Positions 9,284 to 18,245 are shown, counted from the stretch's first letter. The stretch is 64,000 nucleotides of DNA from Candidatus Hermodarchaeota archaeon (GCA_016840065.1 JAEOTB010000010.1:12342-76341); one strand, 5' to 3'. The notes: generated by a model from the letters alone, not told the origin. A program made the numbers and translations.

Positions 9284-10489
9284 TTACTTTGCCTTAGGTT
9301 TTATACAGATGAGTTCTTGTTGGGGGGTTGAAAGGAATCGACAGCCGTTCTTAGTAACTACAATATTCTCTTCAAGGCTGACTTGCCCAAAATTCCTAGT
9401 CGTAACGTACAGTTCGAGTGTAAAGACATTACCCTTTTCAACGGTACCCATCGGGCTATCCCCGTAGCGGTCCCAGAGGGGGGCTAAGAGTGTGCCGCCA
9501 TCGTGAACATTCCTTCCAACTTGATGACCTAGTGCATGTTGGTATTCGTCATAACCTCGATCTTGGATGAAGCTGCGGGCAACAGCGTCAACTTCGTGAC
9601 CTTTTCTGCCAGCCTTGACGAATCGGGCGGCAGCTCTGATGGTGTCGCGGACAGTTTCAAAAGCGGTCTGAACCTCCTCAGGAATTCCCTTTTCTTCACC
9701 AAAAAAGAACATTCGCTGAATGTCAGAGCAGAATCCTTGATAGGCGACACCAAAATCGAAATGTAAAAGGTGCCCTACCTTTGTTTTATTCTCGGTGGGT
9801 CCTGCGTGTCCGAACTGCTTATCTGGGCCAGCATCAACTGCAGGGTTCCTCTCAGCTTCCCAAGCTGAGGTGACACCGTATTCCCTCATTCTCTCGTGGA
9901 AGAATCTGTGTATCTGTTGTTCTGTAAACCCCACTCGTAAATACTCTGCAGCATCAGTGAAGATTTGCTCAGTTATTTCAATAGCTTTCTGAATGCGAGA
10001 AATTTCAGTTGGGGTTTTACGTCCGCGGAGTCGACTGATAAGGGACTCTGCACTTACAAATCTCTCCAGAAAGGGGGTACCCTTGAGGTAATCTAGAAGT
10101 AGTTCATGCATCCCTACAGTGAGACCATCAGCTGCAACATCGTTTCGGCTGTAATTTAGAGCAATTTGACTAGGATTGATTCGGTCAAGCTCCATGCGGA
10201 GTTTTTCCCTGATACTTTGAGTATAAGGAATCACCTGGTCGAAGAGTCTAAGATCTTCTATTCCATCGGAATCAAAATTACCAACGATAGCAATTTTTTC
10301 GCCGCTCTTTGTGAAGATGAGGGCTGACTGCCAAACAAGGTCGCTACCAAGAACTAACTTGAGAACCGGATCTGCCATCTGAGCCGTCTCTCGAACCCAA
10401 ATCATCCAAACATCTAGGTCTAATTCTTGGAGTATTTCACATGTTTGTTTACATTTTTGCCGTTCCAATTGTCGTGTCATTCTAAACAA
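9284..10489 (-). CDS. M24 family metallopeptidase (Xaa-Pro aminopeptidase-like), second paralog
   Basis: 401-aa ORF with the HALGHQVGRNVHDGG metal-ligand motif and a creatinase-like N-domain. Confidence 0.8.
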   Translation of the reverse strand: MFRMTRQLERQKCKQTCEILQELDLDVWMIWVRETAQMADPVLKLVLGSDLVWQSALIFTKSGEKIAIVGNFDSDGIEDLRLFDQVIPYTQSIREKLRMELDRINPSQIALNYSRNDVAADGLTVGMHELLLDYLKGTPFLERFVSAESLISRLRGRKTPTEISRIQKAIEITEQIFTDAAEYLRVGFTEQQIHRFFHERMREYGVTSAWEAERNPAVDAGPDKQFGHAGPTENKTKVGHLLHFDFGVAYQGFCSDIQRMFFFGEEKGIPEEVQTAFETVRDTIRAAARFVKAGRKGHEVDAVARSFIQDRGYDEYQHALGHQVGRNVHDGGTLLAPLWDRYGDSPMGTVEKGNVFTLELYVTTRNFGQVSLEENIVVTKNGCRFLSTPQQELICIKPKAK

Positions 10490-10573
10490 TCCTGCTTAGG
10501 TGTCGATGGAAACTTTTATCCTTTGGGGCGCAGGGAACTGAAAGTTAACACGCAAATACAGTTGGCGCATGCA

Positions 10574-11983
10574 ATGGCAAAATATTTGGTTATCGACTCA
10601 CAAGGTAGAGAGCATCCCCTCGACTTAGATAATATTGACAGTTGTGAACCTTTAGTGGGTGAATTACGCACATTCGTCGAAGTCGAGGAGCTAGGTCGAG
10701 GTGCTCGGGGGGAGCCTCCCCATATTAAGGTGATGCGTCAGCTAGAGCTAATAGACTACGAGCCCGCATCAGATGTTGGGCACTTTCGGTTCTACCCCAA
10801 AGGTGCCTTGGTCAAAGAGCTGCTAGAGGAGTTTTGCCACCAAGTAGCGGTAGATTTGATTGGCGCTATGCGAATCGAGACGCCACTGATGTATCGGCTC
10901 AGTCAAAAGGATATCGCTGAGCAAGCCGCGAAATTCCTCGAAAAGGACTACAGGATTAAACTAAGTAAAGACAAAGAACTCCTCCTCAGGTTTGCTGGTG
11001 ACTTTGGTCTATTCTCTATCATGAAGAATGTGCAGATGTCCCATCGCCAGCTTCCTATTCGCGTTTTCGAATTATCCCCCTCCTTCCGGCTAGAGAAACG
11101 AGGAGAGTGTGTAGGGCTTCGCCGACTCCGCGCCTTCACAATGCCAGATATCCACTGCTTCTGTCGCGACTATGAACAGGGGAAGGAGGAGTTTGCCATG
11201 ATAACGGAACACTATGACAAGCTAGTTCGGGCCTTGGGCATCGACTATGTTCTCGTGTTTCGTATAGTAGAGGAATATTACGAACAAACGAAAGATTTGC
11301 TTTTCCTACTAGCCAAGAATCTTAAGCGCCCAATATTAATCGAGTTCCTCCCTGAGATGGCACATTATTGGAATGTGAAAAACGAATTCCAGTTTGTAGA
11401 TGCTGCTGAGGGAACTGGTCAACTTAGTACAGTTCAACTTGATGTTACCGACGCTGAAAGATACGGAATTACCTATATCAACGAGGGAGGTGAAGAAACT
11501 GGGTGCATAATAGTGCACACTAGTATTAGCAGCATTGAACGGCTTATTTACGGGCTCCTAGAAAGCGCTGTAAAGCGTCAACAGGAGGGGCAACTGCCTT
11601 CACTTCCAACTTGGCTTTCTCCAGTACAAGTTACTGTGATTCCTGTAACTGAAAAACATCAGAAATATGCAGAAGGAGTGGTCTCGAAGTTACGTAACAA
11701 ACATGTACGCGCTGTGCTTGATGACAGGGGTAAGACGGTTGGCTGGAAGATTCGTAACGCTGGTAAGCATTGGATACCTTTCGTTGCTGTAATTGGTGAC
11801 AAAGAGTTGAAGGACAAGACCTTGGCTGTAACCATTAGGGAAAAATCAACGTTAAAACAACCTAAAACTGAGGCTATGAAGATGTCTTTATTAGTGAAAC
11901 TAGTTCACTCAGCTTGTGACGGTAAACCGTTTCAACAATTATCAATGCCAGTACGAATGTCTCTCTGGCCGATCTTCATATGA
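10574..11983 (+). CDS. thrS: Threonyl-tRNA synthetase, catalytic core plus anticodon-binding domain only
   Basis: Class II core (FRFYPKGALV, RAFTMPDIHCFC). The C-terminal block LPTWLSPVQVTVIPV...GWKIRNAGKHWIPFVAVIGDKEL closely resembles the ThrRS HGTP anticodon domain. I moved the start to ATG 10574 (MAKYLVID) because the longer ORF from 10427 overlaps the divergent gene. Confidence 0.85.
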   Translation: MAKYLVIDSQGREHPLDLDNIDSCEPLVGELRTFVEVEELGRGARGEPPHIKVMRQLELIDYEPASDVGHFRFYPKGALVKELLEEFCHQVAVDLIGAMRIETPLMYRLSQKDIAEQAAKFLEKDYRIKLSKDKELLLRFAGDFGLFSIMKNVQMSHRQLPIRVFELSPSFRLEKRGECVGLRRLRAFTMPDIHCFCRDYEQGKEEFAMITEHYDKLVRALGIDYVLVFRIVEEYYEQTKDLLFLLAKNLKRPILIEFLPEMAHYWNVKNEFQFVDAAEGTGQLSTVQLDVTDAERYGITYINEGGEETGCIIVHTSISSIERLIYGLLESAVKRQQEGQLPSLPTWLSPVQVTVIPVTEKHQKYAEGVVSKLRNKHVRAVLDDRGKTVGWKIRNAGKHWIPFVAVIGDKELKDKTLAVTIREKSTLKQPKTEAMKMSLLVKLVHSACDGKPFQQLSMPVRMSLWPIFI

Positions 11984-12004
11984 CAGACGTTCTAGGAGTC
12001 AACT

Positions 12005-13378
12005 CTACTTGCCCGAAGATGCTTGTTTTCGAATCATCTTTGCTATGAAGAATCCCTCAGTCTCATTTCGGTGAGGGAATAGGCGTTGGCAATTCGTGAG
12101 CCCCTCAAAGGCTGGACTTCCAATCCAGGGCTCAGTCGGTACAGTCTCAAACTCTGGGTTGTTCGCAAGGAATTTCCTGATTACATCTTCATTCTCTTCT
12201 TTGGTTATAGAGCAGGTAGAGTAAACTATGTGTCCATCAGATGCGACGAGTTTACTACCTTGCTTAAATAGTGCGAGCTGAATCTTGCTCATTCTTGAAA
12301 CGATTTCAAGGGTAAGACCCCATTTGACTTCTGGTCGAGTTTGTAATACTCCAGTACTGCTGCAGGGGGGATCGACCAATACACAATCAGCACGGAATTC
12401 CTCTTTGAAGGGTAGGCTCATTCCATCAGCAAGGATAATATGTGTATTCCGCACGCTTTGCCTAGTCAGGACTTTCTCAAACTCGCGTAAGCGCAGCGTT
12501 GACCAATCCAAAGAAATGATATTTCCCTTATTTCCCATCAGTTGAGCTAGATGGGATGTTTTACTTCCAGGGGCTGCACAGAGATCTACAAGAATAGTCT
12601 GTGGAAATGGATTTACTACGCGCCCCACAATTACACTAGCCAAATTCTGTAAGTAAATGGCACTTCGCTGGTATGTCGAAGTCTTTGTGACAGGTCTGCT
12701 CCCTTTCTTAAGCCTGAATATTTCTGGAATTTTTGGGATAGATAAACATTCAAAGCCCTCCTTTTCCAGTTCCTGTTTCACTTCAGCAATCGAACCAATC
12801 AATGTATTAACCCGAACATACACTGGAGGATTTTCAAGTCCTGAGGAAAGGAATGCATGTGCTTCTTCCTTTCCCAACAGGCGCTCTGTATACTCTACCA
12901 ACCACTCAGGAACACTGAATTTCAGAGCCGTGCTCTGTGTTTCTGGCAGTGACCTGAGTAACTTTTCAAAGTCAAAGAGCTGTACTTTTCGGAGTACTGC
13001 ATTTATGAAACCACCCAACTTCCTGCTTCTTCGACGCTTGATAATCGTCACGGCTTCATTTGTAGCTAGTGCTGCTACGCCTTTACCAGAAAATATCAGA
13101 TAAGTGGCAACTCTAAGCAGATTTCGAGTGAAAACATCTAGATTCAATAACTTACTTCTACTAAGCACTTGGTCGAGAACCCAATCGATAGTATTTAGGC
13201 GCCGCATTGTTTCGAAGACAAGTGAATGAATCGCCGTACGAACTTTCCAGTCAGTAATATCCTGATTTTTTGAGAATCGATTAAGTGCCTTTCGGAGAGA
13301 GAGATACTCCTCCTCCCAGAGAACAAGTACATCTGCTGCGGCTTCCTCACGACTCAAAGACGCTACCAAATAAGACAC
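12005..13378 (-). CDS. NOL1/NOP2/Sun-family RNA cytosine-C5 methyltransferase (RsmB/Nop2-like)
   Basis: NusB-like N-domain, SAM motif DLCAAPGSKTSHLAQLM, catalytic DPPCSSTGV and YSTCS motifs. Confidence 0.85.
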   Translation of the reverse strand: MSYLVASLSREEAAADVLVLWEEEYLSLRKALNRFSKNQDITDWKVRTAIHSLVFETMRRLNTIDWVLDQVLSRSKLLNLDVFTRNLLRVATYLIFSGKGVAALATNEAVTIIKRRRSRKLGGFINAVLRKVQLFDFEKLLRSLPETQSTALKFSVPEWLVEYTERLLGKEEAHAFLSSGLENPPVYVRVNTLIGSIAEVKQELEKEGFECLSIPKIPEIFRLKKGSRPVTKTSTYQRSAIYLQNLASVIVGRVVNPFPQTILVDLCAAPGSKTSHLAQLMGNKGNIISLDWSTLRLREFEKVLTRQSVRNTHIILADGMSLPFKEEFRADCVLVDPPCSSTGVLQTRPEVKWGLTLEIVSRMSKIQLALFKQGSKLVASDGHIVYSTCSITKEENEDVIRKFLANNPEFETVPTEPWIGSPAFEGLTNCQRLFPHRNETEGFFIAKMIRKQASSGK

Positions 13379-13552
13379 ATCTACTCGAAATTCCTATCGT
13401 ACAATACAAGAAATTATCTAGACTCCTATGTATTCGATGATTCTAGCCACAAACAAAAGGATTTTTGATACCCCATTCATATCTCTCGACCACAAAAATC
13501 TAAAGTGGATATTTCCCTTCTCTTAACTAATGTTCTTAAGGAGTGTTTCTAT

Positions 13553-14362
13553 TTGACAACTCTTTGGTCCATACTTGCCACTCTCTCTAAACTGGCCCCA
13601 GATACCTTTAGACCACCAGGTGATGCCTACGGAATCCAGTGTGGTGTTGGGGATGAAGCCGGACAGAAACGACTTAAGATTTCAGCGGCAGCTGTGTGTC
13701 TGGACGTAACAATTCCAGTAATTATCAAAGCTGGTGAATTAGGTGCAACTCTCCTTATTGCTCATCGGTCTCCTATTAATCAACCAATAGCAAAACTAAC
13801 AGGATACCCGTATCTTCTGTTTCAACAAATAGTAAAAAGAAAAGTCAATATTAGCGCACTTCACTACAGTTGGGCAGCTGTAGAAGGGGGGCTAAATGAC
13901 ACGCTGGCAGAGGTTTTAGGCTTCAATGTTTCAGGTATCTTTGAAACTGAAATCAATGGGAAAATCATACCTTTGGGTCGTATCTGCCAAGTACCTAAAG
14001 AAACTACTCTAAAGGCTTTCAGTCAATATGTAGCAAAACGACTGGATGTGCCTGCCCTAACATATACTGGGAATCCAAATGATGAAGTCGAAAATCTTGT
14101 AATGGTTGCTGGAGATGGTTTAACTCCAGAGAGACTAAATAACGCTTGGGAAAAGGGATATGACACCTACCTAACAGGAATGCTGACACACGAGTTGGCT
14201 ACACAAGCTAGACAGCTCAAAGTGAAAATCGTCGCAGTCCCACAGGCTGCTACTGAGGCTCCAGGGATGAGGCGCCTTACTCAAATCCTTCGTGTGAAGC
14301 ACCCTAGAATTAACTTCACCTTCATCGAGCCTTTGATTCCATATTCGACTTTCATAACCTAG
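13553..14362 (+). CDS. NIF3 (DUF34) family dinuclear-metal protein
   Basis: N-terminus has the typical NIF3 pattern, with LIAHRSPI (HHP-like) and C-terminal H..E..G motifs. TTG 13553 is preceded by AAGGAG at 13538-13543, so I prefer it to the GTG at 13505. Confidence 0.7.
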   Translation: MTTLWSILATLSKLAPDTFRPPGDAYGIQCGVGDEAGQKRLKISAAAVCLDVTIPVIIKAGELGATLLIAHRSPINQPIAKLTGYPYLLFQQIVKRKVNISALHYSWAAVEGGLNDTLAEVLGFNVSGIFETEINGKIIPLGRICQVPKETTLKAFSQYVAKRLDVPALTYTGNPNDEVENLVMVAGDGLTPERLNNAWEKGYDTYLTGMLTHELATQARQLKVKIVAVPQAATEAPGMRRLTQILRVKHPRINFTFIEPLIPYSTFIT

Positions 14363-14416
14363 CATATGTTCTGTCAAATGAACACACTGAGATTAGTTAG
14401 TAATTGAGGAAAGTAA

Positions 14417-15448
14417 ATGGCTTTACCACCAACTTTAATCATTGACTTAGGCAGCGGCTATTTGAAGTATGGTTATGTTGATCAGTCTTCACCGAGAGTT
14501 CTGCCTGCATGTTATGCAGCGCCTGAGGGTGAGGCGGAATCCTCCTCTTTACTCACCTTTGATCCTGGAAGGGAGGGGTGGGTCTTCCCTTTGGAAAATG
14601 GAATTGTAACCGACTGCAACAAAATCGCCCCACTCCTTGAACTTGTTTTTGATGAGATTGGAATGAAAGCGTCTCAGTTCGGTAAAACCGATTTCGAACT
14701 ACTGGTCTTCGCCTCATGTGACGCTAAAAGGGTCGATGGAATTTGCAATGAACTTGAAGAAATTCTAGCATTTCGCAATGTGACCGCCTCACTGCAGCAA
14801 GTAACAACACTGATGGATCTCGACCGAGCTACAGGAATCATAGTTGACATCGGCTACTCAGTTTCCATCGTAGCACCAATCTTTCAAGGCTTTCTGCTCC
14901 ATGATAGGGTTATGACCTCTGCAACTGGCTCCTTTTTTGTATCTGCTGTTCTCTCTCATCTGCTTCTGTTAATGGCTGAAGCCGAGCCTAAACCGGAAGC
15001 GATACTCTACGAAAAACTCTCCAAGAACTTAGACGCGATAGAGTTCATTAAGAGAAATTTGTGTCGAGTTGCTATTAAACCAGCAGAAAGAGAGACAATA
15101 TCAAGCGGGATAAAATACCAGCAGGAAGGGTTAGATCTACCACTGGGTAAAATGGTATGGATGGCTCCTGAAGTCTTGTTTGACCCAGGTCTAATCGATA
15201 TACGCGACATTGGAATCAGTAATTTGGTTTCTGAGGTCCTGCAGCGAGTAGATTTGTCAATGAGACCTGAATTAGCGCAGAACGTATTTTTAACTGGTGG
15301 AGGCTCGATTTTTCCTGGTCTTGGAGAGCGGTTTCATGCAGAATTAAGAGGGAAGTTTCCGAATCTTCCGATGAATGTCCATGTCCTCGATGACCCATTT
15401 GAACGCGTCTGGTCTAGTGCAGTTCATTTGGCGCGAATGAGGATTTAA
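14417..15448 (+). CDS. Actin-family (actin/Arp-like) protein, short form (343 aa)
   Basis: Phosphate-1 motif LIIDLGSGYLKYGY, phosphate-2-like IVDIGYSVSIVAPIFQG, and adenosine motif FLTGGGSIFPGLGERFHAEL. These align with the actin motifs DNGSG / DSGDG / GGTTMFPG. Confidence 0.8.
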   Translation: MALPPTLIIDLGSGYLKYGYVDQSSPRVLPACYAAPEGEAESSSLLTFDPGREGWVFPLENGIVTDCNKIAPLLELVFDEIGMKASQFGKTDFELLVFASCDAKRVDGICNELEEILAFRNVTASLQQVTTLMDLDRATGIIVDIGYSVSIVAPIFQGFLLHDRVMTSATGSFFVSAVLSHLLLLMAEAEPKPEAILYEKLSKNLDAIEFIKRNLCRVAIKPAERETISSGIKYQQEGLDLPLGKMVWMAPEVLFDPGLIDIRDIGISNLVSEVLQRVDLSMRPELAQNVFLTGGGSIFPGLGERFHAELRGKFPNLPMNVHVLDDPFERVWSSAVHLARMRI

Positions 15449-15460
15449 TAAACAACACAA

Positions 15461-15640
15461 GGGTCTCTGAGCCGCTGGCTCAACACAGAACCAGGCAGGT
15501 TCATTTGAGCTCTATCTAGACCCTAAACGCCTGGCTGAGGCGGGAGGTCGCAACCCCGGCTGGGGTGGTGCCCGCCTATGATGCAGGAACCAAACACCAA
15601 CCTTGGTCCAGCGTCAGGATTGGATAAGATTTGGACAACG
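15461..15640 (+). ncRNA. Candidate structured ncRNA or structured 3' UTR containing a K-turn motif
   Basis: GC-rich island in an otherwise AT-rich spacer. Domain 1 is closed by GGGTCT(15461-66)/AGACCC(15518-23) and holds two 5-bp hairpins. Domain 2 is a long hairpin (15530-15587) with CUGA (15535-38) opposite UAU-GAUG (15577-83), next to a 6-bp GGCGGG/CCCGCC stem. That arrangement is a canonical K-turn on the + strand only. Confidence 0.3.
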
Positions 15641-15727
15641 GTATAGATTAGCAACTGTTTTCAGGCAGAAAAAACTATTATATTGTGTGTTTGCGTTCTG
15701 TAATTATTAGTTCTTGGGGAATATAGC

Positions 15728-16126
15728 GTGTCAGTTGCTGCCAGCGTAAAAGAGATTGTTGAAAAAATTGGGCACCGCCTTGACTCATTATCTGAAGAAA
15801 TGAAGGAACTCCGTGTGGCTGTGGAGAAGCTAGCTGAAGAATCTGAAAAAAGAATGAAAAAGGTCCTTGAGCAGGCTAATACGTTGATTCAGTTACTTCA
15901 GCAAGAGGTTTCAACCTTCGAAGAACAACGTCATCTACTAGAGTCACAAATCACAGCTGAACTGGATAGAGTGAAAAGAATAACTCAACTTAGTGACCTA
16001 GAAGATGCAGTCCACACCGTTTCAGAAATCGTAGATGAATTTGTAAACAACATTGACCTGGATAAAGTGCTTGAGGCTGTCCAGCAGCTTGAAGCAAAGC
16101 ATGGTACTGATTCAGAAGGCGGGTGA
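15728..16126 (+). CDS. Hypothetical small coiled-coil protein
   Basis: 132-aa highly charged helical ORF with a GTG start. It overlaps the next gene by 4 nt, suggesting operon coupling. Confidence 0.5.
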   Translation: MSVAASVKEIVEKIGHRLDSLSEEMKELRVAVEKLAEESEKRMKKVLEQANTLIQLLQQEVSTFEEQRHLLESQITAELDRVKRITQLSDLEDAVHTVSEIVDEFVNNIDLDKVLEAVQQLEAKHGTDSEGG

Positions 16127-16596
16127 GTATGTTGACAGAGAAGCCAAAACCCGATAAATCCGCATCCTCTCAGCAATCAGACGATTCCACGCTGATTCCC
16201 TTTCTCACTCAGGCTTTTTCTAATCTTTTCAGCCGAGTTACTGCGGTATCTGACGAGCTAGCAAAATTGAAGGCAACAGTTGGTAAGATTGACGAGTTGA
16301 ACAAGTCAGCCTTAGCAAGCGTGGTGCCAAAATTCGAGGAGATCCTACTGAATCTCCAGAAGCAGCGAAGAAGCAGCGTGACTCATCTTTCTCGGCTTGC
16401 TGAAACAATTACTCAGGAGTTTGAAGCACTTAATGAAACCCGCTCCGCAAGCGTGGACCAAAGAGTTCTATCACTTCTTGCGAAGACACTCCACGCGACC
16501 CAACAAGCCCTCTATTGCCTTCGCTTAGAAGGCTTCATCAGGAGAATCATGGAACTTAAGCAGGAATTGAAACCTGCTAAAGAGAAGCCCAAATAG
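16123..16596 (+). CDS. Hypothetical small coiled-coil protein
   Basis: 157-aa helical ORF whose start overlaps the stop of the previous gene. Confidence 0.5.
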   Translation: MSMLTEKPKPDKSASSQQSDDSTLIPFLTQAFSNLFSRVTAVSDELAKLKATVGKIDELNKSALASVVPKFEEILLNLQKQRRSSVTHLSRLAETITQEFEALNETRSASVDQRVLSLLAKTLHATQQALYCLRLEGFIRRIMELKQELKPAKEKPK

Positions 16597-16604
16597 TGAC
16601 GAGT

Positions 16605-17204
16605 TCATTCTAGGAGGCTTCCTGGTTCTTCTTTCAGACCGTACTTTCGCTTCATTTTTTCTCGCCAGTCCCCTCCAACTTGATCCCCTGTGACTACCTC
16701 AGGCTCACCTGTTGTCTCCTCTGCTGCGGGTGCTTCCTCAGATTCGCTGCCTGTAGATGTGCTAGCTTTAGATTTTGCTGCACGGGCTGCAGGCGCTCCG
16801 GTCGAGGATAGGCGTCTTGGTGCAACGACAACCCTTGAAGGTGCTGCTGTCGCCGCGACGGGTGCGGTACTACGCTCTAGCTGCGTCAGCATCTCAGTTA
16901 TCGTAAACATTGATACCCGCTGATCGATTTGAGTGATAGCACGGGATAGCCGCTGGGTCATTTCTTGTAATGCTTTAGGGCTTGACTCAGATTTGCTCTG
17001 GCTAAGTCTTTTTACTTGTTTTGTGAGGTCAGCGATCTGAATTGTTAGCTTCTCTTCCAGTTCCGTCATCTTGGCTAGAGTTTGTTTCAGGATATCTGTA
17101 AGTTGCCGAAAGGCCTCGGCGATATCTTGTTGTTGTGGTTGCGACATTACTCTCAATGTAATGTGTCTAGACGAAGACTTATCAAGATTACGATATCCGT
17201 GCAA
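16605..17204 (-). CDS. Hypothetical coiled-coil protein with an Ala/Ser-rich disordered tail
   Basis: 199-aa ORF convergent with the two preceding genes. It has an N-terminal coiled coil, then an APSRVVVAPRRLSSTGAPAARAAKSKASTS low-complexity region. The real start may be the internal MSQPQQQ. Confidence 0.45.
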   Translation of the reverse strand: MHGYRNLDKSSSRHITLRVMSQPQQQDIAEAFRQLTDILKQTLAKMTELEEKLTIQIADLTKQVKRLSQSKSESSPKALQEMTQRLSRAITQIDQRVSMFTITEMLTQLERSTAPVAATAAPSRVVVAPRRLSSTGAPAARAAKSKASTSTGSESEEAPAAEETTGEPEVVTGDQVGGDWREKMKRKYGLKEEPGSLLE

Positions 17205-17219
17205 GGAAAGGTTTTTCCA

Positions 17220-18245
17220 ATGGATTTCTCAGCTAATATTTCTTCTGAAAAGGCGCGAAGGATAGGGCTCCATTTTAGAAAACTCAAACCAGAAGCTGAA
17301 GATTTCTTAGATGATCGATTCTTCCCTAGCGCCGAGGAGGATTCAGAAAATGTGGCGCGGTTTTTCTTCTTCATCACTGGAATCGATCACCGCACCAGTC
17401 CGCCAGGGAAAAGCTTTGAAGGGTTCGTAGATGACGAATATTTCCAAGGTGCTGACCTGCTATGGCATCTTGCATTAAGGAAGTACCGCGAAAACCCGGG
17501 CTTCTTTGAACCACTACAAATGGCTCGAATTACTACAAAGGATGTTGAGAATTGGTTAACCGTATATCAACCTGTTCGGGTCACAATACGTAATCCAAGC
17601 CAGCGTGCTGATCTGCTTAGTGATTGTGGACAGAAACTAGCAAGCCTCTATGGTGGTTCAGTGCTCACTCTTCTTAATCAAACCAAAAATAGAATATCAG
17701 CGCCCTCAAGTAATGTACTTGGGCTTCTAGACCGCCTCGCTGGGTTCAAGGCTTATGAGGATCCCGTCCGGAAGAAGAGTTTTCTTCTACTCAAGTTCAT
17801 CATACGTCGGCGGCTCTGGACTCCTGAGGATCCAGAGAATCTCCGTATTCCTGTTGACAACCACTTGATTCGGATAGCTTTACGCACAGGTATAGTCAAA
17901 GTTTCTTATGGTTTTGAAGAGACATTACGTGATGGACACGCAATAACAGCTGCCAATGATGTGGTTCTACGCCAAGTTGTATCTGATGCATTTTCAGAGG
18001 TAGCCCATTATGCGAAACAACCAGTTCTTGAGCTAGACGATTTCCTATGGCATTTTGGTAGGCTCTGCTGCACTGCAGCTTCGCCGGTATGCAATCAAGG
18101 TTGTTCAACTCGTTGTTTTGTCGCAACTGAATTACTTCCTTCTTCTTGTGAACTTCAATGTCCTCTAGCTGAAGCGTGTACTGCGAATACTGAAATCTTA
18201 TACCGCGAGATAAAGGAGCCAAAACTCGATACTTGGTACTACTAG
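17220..18245 (+). CDS. QNG1/DUF2419-like protein (queuosine-salvage N-glycosylase family) with a C-terminal Cys-rich tail
   Basis: Blocks FFFFITGIDHRT, RADLLSDCGQKLASLYGGSVLTLL, KKSFLLLKFIIRRRLW, IPVDNHLIRIALRTGIV and LDDFLWHFG parallel conserved blocks of eukaryotic QNG1 (C9orf64) as I recall them. There is an extra tail, CCTAASPVCNQGCSTRCF...CELQCPLAEAC. Start set at ATG 17220 to avoid overlap with the convergent gene. Confidence 0.5.
   Translation: MDFSANISSEKARRIGLHFRKLKPEAEDFLDDRFFPSAEEDSENVARFFFFITGIDHRTSPPGKSFEGFVDDEYFQGADLLWHLALRKYRENPGFFEPLQMARITTKDVENWLTVYQPVRVTIRNPSQRADLLSDCGQKLASLYGGSVLTLLNQTKNRISAPSSNVLGLLDRLAGFKAYEDPVRKKSFLLLKFIIRRRLWTPEDPENLRIPVDNHLIRIALRTGIVKVSYGFEETLRDGHAITAANDVVLRQVVSDAFSEVAHYAKQPVLELDDFLWHFGRLCCTAASPVCNQGCSTRCFVATELLPSSCELQCPLAEACTANTEILYREIKEPKLDTWYY

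Noticed and set aside
15461-15640. Considered SRP (7S) RNA or RNase P RNA for the structured GC-rich spacer
   Set aside because: It is too short, at under 200 nt. I could not find the helix-8 GGAA/AGCA-type SRP motifs or the RNase P CR-I GAGGAAAGUCC block. It is kept only as an unclassified structured RNA candidate.
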